DNA of 61,610 bases, filler included, from Candidatus Tectimicrobiota bacterium (lineage in GTDB: Bacteria; JACPSX01): the NCBI GenBank assembly GCA_016193065.1. It is 5 parts of 5 records of this genome, joined end to end, with 100 filler letters (N's around TTAATTAATTAA, not from the genome) between each part and the next. Parts side by side here need not be neighbours in the genome. Positions count along the whole stretch, not along the records: positions 1 to 22,276 come from JACPSX010000050.1; 4 more parts are not named here. One strand, 5' to 3'. The translations under genes were made by a program, and so were the position numbers. Numbering within the stretch: the stretch's first letter is position 1; each line of letters starts with the position of its first letter. Under the pieces are notes generated by a model. The model was not told where the DNA came from and searched no databases. It was given only the letters and a program-made list of their open reading frames with translations. Shown in pieces: positions 9,399-16,974 of the stretch.

Positions 9399-10163
9399 CT
9401 AGGCGAAGCTCTTCACCAACGAGCCCACCACCAAGTACCAGCCGTCCACCAGGACGAAAAGCAGCAGCTTAAACGGGAGCGAGATGACGATCGGGGGCAG
9501 CATCAACATCCCCATGGACATCAACACGGAGGCGATCACCATGTCCAGGATGAGGAAGGGAACATAGATGAGAAAGCCGATTTCGAAGGAGGTCCTGAGC
9601 TCGCTGATGGCGAAAGCCGGGATCAGCACATGGGTGGGGACATCCTCCGCGTTGCGGGGACGCTCGATTTTGGCCATTTCCACGAAAAGCGAGAGGTCCT
9701 TCTCCCGGGTCTGAGCCAACATGAAGGAGCGCAGGGGAACTATCGCCCTGCGGAAGGCTTCCCCCTGCCCGATCTGTTGGGCCATGTAGGGCTGCAGGGC
9801 GTTGCGGTTCATCGCTTGCCAAACGGGAGACATGATAAAGACCGTGAGGAACAGGGACAGAGCGATGAGCACCTGGTTCGGGGGGGTGGTTTGGGTGCCG
9901 ATGGCGCGGCGGACGAAGGATAGGACCACGACGACCCGAGTAAAGGAAGTCACCATCATCAGCAAGGCCGGAGCCGTGGCCAGTACCGTGAGCAGCAGGA
10001 GGATCTGGATCCCGCTCACGAGCTGGGAGGGGTCTCCCGAGGATCCCAGGCTGATGGTGAGATTGGGAATCTTCACGGTTTCCTGGGCGGCTGCCGCAGG
10101 CTCCGTGGAGAAGAGAAAGGTTCCCGTCAAAACCGGAATAGTTAAGGTTCGGTCCATGATCAT
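9399..10163 (-). CDS. fliP: Flagellar export protein FliP
   Basis: TSFTRVVVVLS, PPNQVL, PAFAISEL, SLPFKLLLFVLVDGW; ATG at 10163 overlaps the fliO stop (ATGA). Confidence 0.96.
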   Translation of the reverse strand: MIMDRTLTIPVLTGTFLFSTEPAAAAQETVKIPNLTISLGSSGDPSQLVSGIQILLLLTVLATAPALLMMVTSFTRVVVVLSFVRRAIGTQTTPPNQVLIALSLFLTVFIMSPVWQAMNRNALQPYMAQQIGQGEAFRRAIVPLRSFMLAQTREKDLSLFVEMAKIERPRNAEDVPTHVLIPAFAISELRTSFEIGFLIYVPFLILDMVIASVLMSMGMLMLPPIVISLPFKLLLFVLVDGWYLVVGSLVKSFA

Positions 10164-11467
10164 CGATTCGGGATCGGCTTGAGCCGGCTCACGCGGTCCT
10201 GAACTGCCTGGGCCATACGGGCCAGGGAGTTTTCGTCCACGGCATCGGATCGGGATGACGATTCCCGGGTACCCGCTTGGCGGGTGTGATGAGGATCGGC
10301 CAGGGGACTGCCCTCGGCGCCGAGCGGGCGCTCCGGAAGACGGGCCAGCATGGCAATCTGGTTCTGCGAGACCCCGAGAACCAGGCGTTCCCCGGCGACC
10401 TCGACCAGCGAAAGGCTCTTCTTGGGCCCCAGGTAGCTGGAAGAAAGAACCCGGATCAGCCGTTCCTTTCCCTTCCACGCTCCTCTCTTGTGCAGCAATT
10501 GGCGCATGGCCAGCGCGACAATCGCAAGAATTCCCAGAACGGCTCCGAGGGATGCCGCCATCCGTAGGGCGACGCGGTTCAGACTGCCGTCATCTGCCGG
10601 GTACCCGGCTTCCGGGTGCGCCTGCTGGCGACCCTGCGGAGACACCAGCGGGTACCCGCCTTGCGGGTGCACGGGTTTCTCGGGCGGCGCGGGGCTTTGG
10701 GCAACCGGGTACCCGCCTGGCGGGTGACCGCCTTGCGGGTGCAGCAAAGGCGACTCGTGACCGGGCAGTTCACGGCCGCCTGCCATCAGGGGCCCTTCGA
10801 CTTTGCTCAGGACAGGCCCTTCGACCGGGTACCCGCTTTGCGGGTGTACCTGCGAAGCGGGTGCGGCTTCCGGGTGCAGGACAGGCCCTTCGACCGGGTA
10901 CCCGCCTTGCGGGTGCAGGACAGGCCTGGGGATCGGCTGGGCGGCGAGCACCGACCGGATCGTGGCGTCTTCGGCTACCGCAGGGTCAGGGGCCTCGGCA
11001 GTGCCGGCCGGCCGGCCTTTTCCTCTTTCGCCCGGGGAGCTTAAGCCGGAGGGCTGACGGCGAAAACGAAACATCAGCTCTTCTCCTTGCCGGGAGATTT
11101 CCAGGCCGTTTGGGGGAACCGCCTCCTCTGCCGGAAGAAGGAAGCGTAACTCTACCGCCGTGGGGGTAATCTGCCTAGCTTCCAGCCGGTCCACCTGCCC
11201 GTCTCCGAAGTAAAAAACCCTTCTTTCCGGGAACAGGGTCATCTGGGGGACAACCAGCGTGACCGAGCGGTCCTTAAACACGGCCTCCGCCGCGGATAGG
11301 GAGACTGCCGGGGAAAGATCACGGAAGCGGGCCATGATCCGCAACTCATCCGTATTGGAGAATGCTTTAATTCCCTCCAGGAAGCCCAGGGAGGGCTGTT
11401 TCGCAGCGAGCCTTGGAGGAAACAGTAGAAGTGCCACTATCCCCACGATCCACAGCCTGCGCATCAT
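10160..11467 (-). CDS. fliO: FliO with long N-terminal extension and repeat-laden Pro-rich linker
   Basis: Signal peptide, then TM helix plus IRVLSSSYLGPKKSLSLVEVAGERLVLGVS (FliO domain); between fliN and fliP. Confidence 0.85.
   Translation of the reverse strand: MMRRLWIVGIVALLLFPPRLAAKQPSLGFLEGIKAFSNTDELRIMARFRDLSPAVSLSAAEAVFKDRSVTLVVPQMTLFPERRVFYFGDGQVDRLEARQITPTAVELRFLLPAEEAVPPNGLEISRQGEELMFRFRRQPSGLSSPGERGKGRPAGTAEAPDPAVAEDATIRSVLAAQPIPRPVLHPQGGYPVEGPVLHPEAAPASQVHPQSGYPVEGPVLSKVEGPLMAGGRELPGHESPLLHPQGGHPPGGYPVAQSPAPPEKPVHPQGGYPLVSPQGRQQAHPEAGYPADDGSLNRVALRMAASLGAVLGILAIVALAMRQLLHKRGAWKGKERLIRVLSSSYLGPKKSLSLVEVAGERLVLGVSQNQIAMLARLPERPLGAEGSPLADPHHTRQAGTRESSSRSDAVDENSLARMAQAVQDRVSRLKPIPNR
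10266..10915. repeat. Cluster of 21-nt palindromic elements CGGGTACCCG-N5-CGGGTG inside fliO
   Basis: Copies at 10266, 10598, 10649, 10706 (with a 15-nt tandem extension to 10741), 10826 and 10895, plus a partial copy at about 10858. Confidence 0.92.
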
Positions 11468-11482
11468 CTTGATTCTCCTGGG

Positions 11483-11559
11483 TCAGCATTCGGCGATCAG
11501 CAGTCAGCTTTCAGCTTTTGAATTTCTTCCGGTTGACCGCCTGATGGCTGAGCGCTGAC
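11483..11559. repeat. Heptamer tandem repeats in inverted arrangement
   Basis: tcagcat tcggcga tcagcag tcagctt tcagctt ... cctgatg gctgagc gctgac in the fliN-fliO intergenic region. Confidence 0.7.
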
Positions 11560-11570
11560 TCCTTGGCTTC

Positions 11571-11978
11571 CTAACGGAGGTGTTCGATTCGCTCCATGGG
11601 ACTAATCACATCGGTCAGCCGAATGCCGAACTTCTCGTTCACCACGACAACCTCCCCCCGGGCCACCAGCTTTTCGTTGACCAGCAACTCGAGAGGCTCC
11701 CCGACCAGCTTGGTGAGCTCGATGACGGAGCCCTGCCCCAAAGACAGGAGATCATGGATCCGCATCTTTGTGCGCCCCAGTTCCACGGTGACCTGTAAAG
11801 GGATGTCCAGAATAAAATCCAGATTGAGGGATGAAACGCTCTGGGCGGGCTCCTCCTGGGGAGCGCCGGCTTCCTCGGGTGGTCTGCTGGCTGCCAGATC
11901 GTCCTGGACGTCGTCCCAGGTCAAATCACCCTGTTCCGTGGACCCTTCGGGAAGGGCGCCGGGATCGGTTTCAGGCAT
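11571..11978 (-). CDS. fliN: Flagellar motor switch protein FliN
   Basis: [20 protein letters not shown]...[20 protein letters not shown]. Confidence 0.97.
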   Translation of the reverse strand: MPETDPGALPEGSTEQGDLTWDDVQDDLAASRPPEEAGAPQEEPAQSVSSLNLDFILDIPLQVTVELGRTKMRIHDLLSLGQGSVIELTKLVGEPLELLVNEKLVARGEVVVVNEKFGIRLTDVISPMERIEHLR

Positions 11979-12969
11979 GGGAAGAACCTCCTAGATGTCT
12001 TTCGATTCGGGATGACACTTTGAGGGCCTTGTTCCCCCGAAAAACCCCCGGGCGGCCCCGAAACTTGGGGATTCCCTCCACTTTGACGAGGAGATCTTCA
12101 CTGGCGTCACTGTCCAGCGGGATCACATCACCGACCCGGAGTTTCAGCACTTCCTGGGCCTTGATGGAGGTGCGGCCCAGCTCGACCACCAGGTTCACCT
12201 GAGCCTCTTCGAGTTGTTCCTTCACACGGGCAATCCAGGTGCGGTCAATCTCCAAACGGTCGCTTTGGAAGCCCGCCTGCAGCTTGGCGCGAATGGGCTC
12301 GATGGTCGAATAGGGGATGCAAATGATCATGGCCGCCGTGGACTGATCCGTTTCCATCTCAAAGGAAATGACCACGACCACGTCGGTAGGAGGGACGATC
12401 CCGACGAACTGTGGGTTGATCTCGGTGCGCACGTAGGCGATCTTGATGGGGTGAACCGGGACCCATGAGTTCTCCATGTCTTGCAGGGCCATGGTAACTA
12501 CATTTTTGATGATGCGATGCTCGATGGGCGTGAAGTCCCGTCCCTCGATCTTCATGGAAGGCCTCCCCGAGCCGCCGAAAAAGATATCAATGAGAGAAAA
12601 AACCAGCTTGGTCTCCAGCACCATGAGCCCGAACCCGCGCAGGGGATCCAGACGAAACACGTTCAGGCTGGTGGGGACCGGGAGAGTCTTCAGGAATTCT
12701 CCGAATTTCACCATGTCGGTCGAAATGGGGCTCACGTCCACGACCCGCCGCAGCGCTGCGGAGATCGAGGTGCGAAACAGCCTGGCAAATCGCTGGTTGA
12801 TGATCTCCAGGGTCGGCATTCGGCCCCGGATAATGCGTTCTTGGCTGGTGAGGTCGTAGGGGATGACCCCAGAGGGGTCTACGACTTCCTCGCTCTCGGT
12901 TTCGATCTCCCCGTCGGAGACCCCGCGCAGTAATGCGTCAACTTCTTCCTGGGAGAGGACTTGTCCCAT
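11971..12969 (-). CDS. fliM: Flagellar motor switch protein FliM
   Basis: N-terminal CheY-binding motif [27 protein letters not shown]. Confidence 0.97.
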   Translation of the reverse strand: MGQVLSQEEVDALLRGVSDGEIETESEEVVDPSGVIPYDLTSQERIIRGRMPTLEIINQRFARLFRTSISAALRRVVDVSPISTDMVKFGEFLKTLPVPTSLNVFRLDPLRGFGLMVLETKLVFSLIDIFFGGSGRPSMKIEGRDFTPIEHRIIKNVVTMALQDMENSWVPVHPIKIAYVRTEINPQFVGIVPPTDVVVVISFEMETDQSTAAMIICIPYSTIEPIRAKLQAGFQSDRLEIDRTWIARVKEQLEEAQVNLVVELGRTSIKAQEVLKLRVGDVIPLDSDASEDLLVKVEGIPKFRGRPGVFRGNKALKVSSRIERHLGGSSHA

Positions 12970-12995
12970 AAGAGTTCGGCCTCAAAGGATCAGGT

Positions 12996-13538
12996 TCACT
13001 GCACGACAAATTCGGTGAAGTAGATCTTTTTGACCTTCCCCGACTGCAGGTAGGAATTGACCCGGCCCGTGATCTCCTCCCGCAGCTTGAACTTCCCCTG
13101 GACGCTTTCGATGTCCTCGTAGGTCTTGCTGCTCAGGAGGACCAGGATCGTATCCCGCACCTGGGGGAGTCGACGATCGAGTTCCTCCTTGAGCTTTACC
13201 TCGCCGAGCTCCAGATCCATTGTTATCTTGAGAAAACGGCGGCCGTTGTCACCGGCAAGGTTCACAATGAAGGGGTCCAGAACAAAGATGGGTCCCAGCA
13301 AGGCGGCCTCGGCCGAATCGGTGCCGGCCTTCGTCTCTCCCCCGGCGGTCTCCAGCTTCCCTTTGGCGGAGAGCATGGGAGCAACGACTTTTTTCCAGGC
13401 CAGGAAGCCCCCGCCGCCAAGAACCGCCATAATGACAACCAGAATCAGGATGAGCTTCAAAGGGGACTTCTTGGGAGCAGCAGGATGTTCCTCGAGATCG
13501 GCTCCCGGCTTTTCTTCAATCTCTGCAGGTTGAGCCAT
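12996..13538 (-). CDS. fliL: Flagellar basal-body protein FliL
   Basis: Single TM, then LDPFIVNL, PQVRDTILVLLSSK, KIYFTEFVVQ. Confidence 0.95.
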   Translation of the reverse strand: MAQPAEIEEKPGADLEEHPAAPKKSPLKLILILVVIMAVLGGGGFLAWKKVVAPMLSAKGKLETAGGETKAGTDSAEAALLGPIFVLDPFIVNLAGDNGRRFLKITMDLELGEVKLKEELDRRLPQVRDTILVLLSSKTYEDIESVQGKFKLREEITGRVNSYLQSGKVKKIYFTEFVVQ

Positions 13539-13600
13539 GCTAGCTTCTCCTTCTTGATCTCCCGAGCCCCTGGGAATCTGTCAACGTACGCTTGGGGAAA

Positions 13601-13617
13601 TGCAAGGCGTATGCCAA
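13601..13617 (-). promoter_or_regulatory. Sigma54 (-24/-12) promoter upstream of fliL
   Basis: Minus strand reads TTGGCATACGCCTTGCA (GG-N10-GC). Confidence 0.8.
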
Positions 13618-13785
13618 CAACGGTGTCTTACTCTCCCGGGGAATTTTTCCGGGGACGGACCTGCTACTGGAACAAAACCCAGGGATTTTTTGACCTCCCG
13701 GTACGGAAGAGAATCTGATCCTCTCGCCGCTTGCCAGACAGATCCCGTTAGGAAGATTTTTCTGTCAACTTTTCTAGGAAATGCT

Positions 13786-13799
13786 GTCAACCGTTTGAC
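13786..13799. promoter_or_regulatory. Palindromic enhancer-like site GTCAA-N4-TTGAC
   Basis: Perfect inverted repeat about 170 bp upstream of the sigma54 promoter; resembles the FleQ box; extra half-sites near 13690 and 13765. Confidence 0.55.
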
Positions 13800-13866
13800 G
13801 TGTGAGAGAGCAGAAGGTGTTGCTAGCTCCTAAAGAATCACATCAGGAATTGCGTCGGAATACTAA

Positions 13867-13894
13867 CGGGGGCAAGAAGTCCTTCTTGCCCCCG
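13867..13894 (-). terminator. Hairpin terminator after flgE
   Basis: cgggggcaagaag-tc-cttcttgcccccg inverted repeat just past the flgE stop. Confidence 0.7.
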
Positions 13895-13908
13895 CCTTGT
13901 ATTTTTAG

Positions 13909-16302
13909 TTATCGCTTCAGATTGACCAGTTCGGTTAGCAGGCTATCTGTTGTGGAAATGACCCGGGCGTTTGCCTGGAAAGCCTGCTGCGTTTTAATCA
14001 GGGTTACAAATTCCGACGCCAGATCTACGTTTGAGAGTTCCAGCGCGTTTGAGGCTATCGTCCCACGGCCTCCAGTGTCAGGGACACCGACGATGGGCTG
14101 GCCGGAGGCCTGGGTCTCCGAAAACCGGTTACCGCCGGCGGCATTCAACCCCTCGACGCTGGCGAAACGGGCCAGAGCCACCTGAGCCAGACTCTGGGTC
14201 TGGCCGTTGGTGAACAGGCCGGTGATGATCCCGTCGTCGTCGATCCCCACGCTCTGGAGCTGGCCGGCCGAAAAACCGTCCTGGCTCTGGGAAATGGTTG
14301 AAGAAACCCCCGCAAACTGGGTCGTGCCGTCGAGACCCGTCGTGCCGGCGTCGGTCACCAGGCTCGTGCCGAAGTCAAGGGCGATCACCTGGCCCTGGGT
14401 GGCACCGCCCGAGAAGTTGAAAATGGAGGAAGTCGTCGATTCCGTGTTGAGGGCCCCGTCCGAGGTAAAGGTGAGTTGCCCCTTGGCTTCTTCTTCATTG
14501 ATTCCCGTTGTCCCTCCCGTGATGTCACCCCCGTCCACCAGGGCACTCCAGGACCAGGTGTTATTGGAATCCTTGCGGAAATAGACGGATAGGGTGTGGG
14601 GGTTCCCCAGGGAGTCGTACCCGGTGATTGAAGTTGAGAAGTTCGAGGACGTGATGGGGTTGAAGCGGTCAATCGTATTGCCCTGGTACAGGATCGCCGT
14701 GGAGGTCCCCCCGGAACCCATGTTGATGGATTGCAGGAAATCCTGCGTGGCATCCGGGGTGACGGTGAGGGTGGAAGAAGTCCCGGTGGTATCGGACTTG
14801 ATTGTGAAACGCTTGGGGACCGTGACTCCGTAGTTCACTTCGATGGTCTTGCCGCTGAAGGCCGCGTCGGCCCGGATCTTGTTCTGCATCTCCGTGGCCA
14901 GAGAAGTTGTCGTGTAGGTCCCGGCGGCGATGGTAATGTCCGCAGCGCTCGATGTCCCATCTACGGTCAGGGCAAACTGATCGTTGACGCCCGAGATGAC
15001 GTTGAACGCCACCGTGTTATCGCTCGTATCGGAGGAGTTGACGGCCAGGGCGGTGTCGCTGGCGTTGAATCCCAGGGTTGTTCTGGCCCCGGACCCGTTA
15101 TTGGACCACTTCAGTGTAATCGGGTTTGTGTTGCCGTTGTTGTTGGTTATGGTAAATTTCTGTGTGTTCTCATCGTAGCTGACCGTGTACAGGTCGCCGC
15201 CCCCGTTGGTGGCCTCGATGGCCGTCTTGATCGCCGTGGCCACCTGATCTCCCGTATAGACCGTGTTGGCCGTAAGTCCCCCGTTGACCAGCAGGTTGGC
15301 CCGCCGGTCGGACCCGTCATTGAAGATGATGAGAGCGTTGGCGTCGTTCACTACCGAGTCGCTCACGTCGCTGCTTCCCGGAGCGATATTCCCCGAGCTT
15401 ACCGAGTTGAACGCCAGGGCGGATTCGGCTGTGGTGGCCGCATCTTCCCAGTGCAGGACAATGGTTCCGACATTCCCCGCATCATTCGCGATGGTGAACT
15501 TCCCCGTCGTGGGACTGTAGCTGACCGTGTAGGTATCTGCAGCTTGAGCCCCGTCATTCGTTGCTTCCAGAGCGGCCTTAATTGCTGCCGCCACTTCGGC
15601 TCCCGTGGAGATTTGGGCCGAAGTGAGACCGCCAGCGGTGGTGATGCTGGCTGCGCGAGTGGCGCCGTCCCCGTCGTCCCAGCGGATCACGTCGTTCGTA
15701 CCCGTGGTGATCGTGAACCCTGAGGTGAAAATAAAACCGTCCGTGACCGCTGCCGACGAAGTGGCGTAGCCGGCCGTGTTCTTCACCGTGGAGGTGGAGT
15801 CCAGGTTCGAGGCGATATTTACTTCGGTCGTCGCCTGGGGGGAGGCAGAGGCGGAACCGATGTTAATGTCCTGCAGGGCGCTGGAAATGATCCCGGTGGT
15901 CGGGTCCAGGGCATATCCCCGCAGAAAGAACCCCTCCGGGTTGGCGAGCTTGCCGTCCTTATCGAGGATGAAGCGCCCGGCCCGGGCATAATAATTTCCC
16001 GTCCCTTTGTTGACAATGAAGAAGCCGTCTCCGTCGATGGCCAGGTCGGTGGCGCTGCTGGTGGTCTCGAAGGACCCCTGGGTGAACACGTTGGTGACTT
16101 CCGAGAGGAACACCCCGCGCCCGATCTGGGAGCTTCCCGAGGCTCCGGAAAGACTCTGGCTTAGAATGTCGGCAAACTCGGCCCGGCTGGACTTAAATCC
16201 GGTGGTGTTCACGTTGGCGATGTTGTTGCTCAGGACCGACAGGGCGTTGGCGTAGGAGTCAAGCCCGCTGACCCCGGCAAAGAGTGCGCTTAAAATCGTC
16301 AT
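13909..16302 (-). CDS. flgE: Flagellar hook protein FlgE, 797 aa with large central insertion
   Basis: LSVLSNNIANVNTTGFK, DLAIDGDGFF, LELSNVDLASEFVTLIKTQQAFQANARVI. Confidence 0.96.
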   Translation of the reverse strand: MTILSALFAGVSGLDSYANALSVLSNNIANVNTTGFKSSRAEFADILSQSLSGASGSSQIGRGVFLSEVTNVFTQGSFETTSSATDLAIDGDGFFIVNKGTGNYYARAGRFILDKDGKLANPEGFFLRGYALDPTTGIISSALQDINIGSASASPQATTEVNIASNLDSTSTVKNTAGYATSSAAVTDGFIFTSGFTITTGTNDVIRWDDGDGATRAASITTAGGLTSAQISTGAEVAAAIKAALEATNDGAQAADTYTVSYSPTTGKFTIANDAGNVGTIVLHWEDAATTAESALAFNSVSSGNIAPGSSDVSDSVVNDANALIIFNDGSDRRANLLVNGGLTANTVYTGDQVATAIKTAIEATNGGGDLYTVSYDENTQKFTITNNNGNTNPITLKWSNNGSGARTTLGFNASDTALAVNSSDTSDNTVAFNVISGVNDQFALTVDGTSSAADITIAAGTYTTTSLATEMQNKIRADAAFSGKTIEVNYGVTVPKRFTIKSDTTGTSSTLTVTPDATQDFLQSINMGSGGTSTAILYQGNTIDRFNPITSSNFSTSITGYDSLGNPHTLSVYFRKDSNNTWSWSALVDGGDITGGTTGINEEEAKGQLTFTSDGALNTESTTSSIFNFSGGATQGQVIALDFGTSLVTDAGTTGLDGTTQFAGVSSTISQSQDGFSAGQLQSVGIDDDGIITGLFTNGQTQSLAQVALARFASVEGLNAAGGNRFSETQASGQPIVGVPDTGGRGTIASNALELSNVDLASEFVTLIKTQQAFQANARVISTTDSLLTELVNLKR

Positions 16303-16332
16303 GATGAGCCTCCTTAGTAAACGGCTGTGATC

Positions 16333-16955
16333 TTAGGGCTGCCCTGGGACTACTTCCATCACTTCCAGGACGCTGGCCAGCGGGATCCTGCTTCCTGCCA
16401 CATGGAGGATGGGGAGCCCTTCCTGGAAGGAGACTCCATCCACCTTTCCCACCACCCACTGTTTGACCGCGACGGGCTTACCGATCTTGTTCAAGGCCTG
16501 GACTTCCAGTCGGTATGTTCCGTCCGGCAAGGAGGTTCCCTGGGAGCTGCGGCCGTCCCACTGGTAATCGTGCTCTCCTTTCCCCTGCGGACCGGGTTCC
16601 ACCCGGCGCACCTGGCGCCCGGAGGAATCGTAGATGTTCAAGACGACGGCCGCGGCATCCTCGCTCAGATGGTAGCGCAGAGGGCCGGCGCTCCCCCCCT
16701 GGAGGCTCACCGTGTTCCCGTCCGCTTTGATCTGCTTGCCCAGGAAATTGACCCCCTGAGCGCCGTTGACGAGGTTCTGGGAGGCCGTGAGAGCTTCGAG
16801 CTGCTTGTTCATGTTCAAGAGTTGCTCCAGACTGCTGAACTGGGCCATCTGGGAGGCAAACTGCGCATTGTCCATGGGGTTTAGCGGATCCTGGTACTGG
16901 AGCTGCTTGACGTGTCCGGAACGGGGCTACGGGCGGTTTTGGCGACTTCAATCAT
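16333..16955 (-). pseudogene. flgD: Hook-capping protein FlgD, N-terminal deletion and frameshift
   Basis: ATG at 16955 (GAGGAGG RBS) hits TAA after 24 codons; QLQYQDPLNPMDNAQFASQMAQFSSLEQ is in another frame, and the usual preceding FLKLL helix is absent. Confidence 0.8.
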
Positions 16956-16974
16956 GATTCCTCCTCATCTCTCC

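Noticed and set aside
9399-10478. 359-aa FliP with an N-terminal extension
   Set aside because: The extension is an alternate frame of fliO; the coupled ATG at 10163 gives a normal-length FliP.
10649-10915. HPQ streptavidin-binding-like peptide motif
   Set aside because: The same DNA is read in other frames and orientations elsewhere, so the peptide is a by-product.
10590-10924. Repeats in fliO as a possible CRISPR array
   Set aside because: Spacing is irregular, there are no uniform spacers or cas genes, and copies lie in coding frames at dispersed loci.
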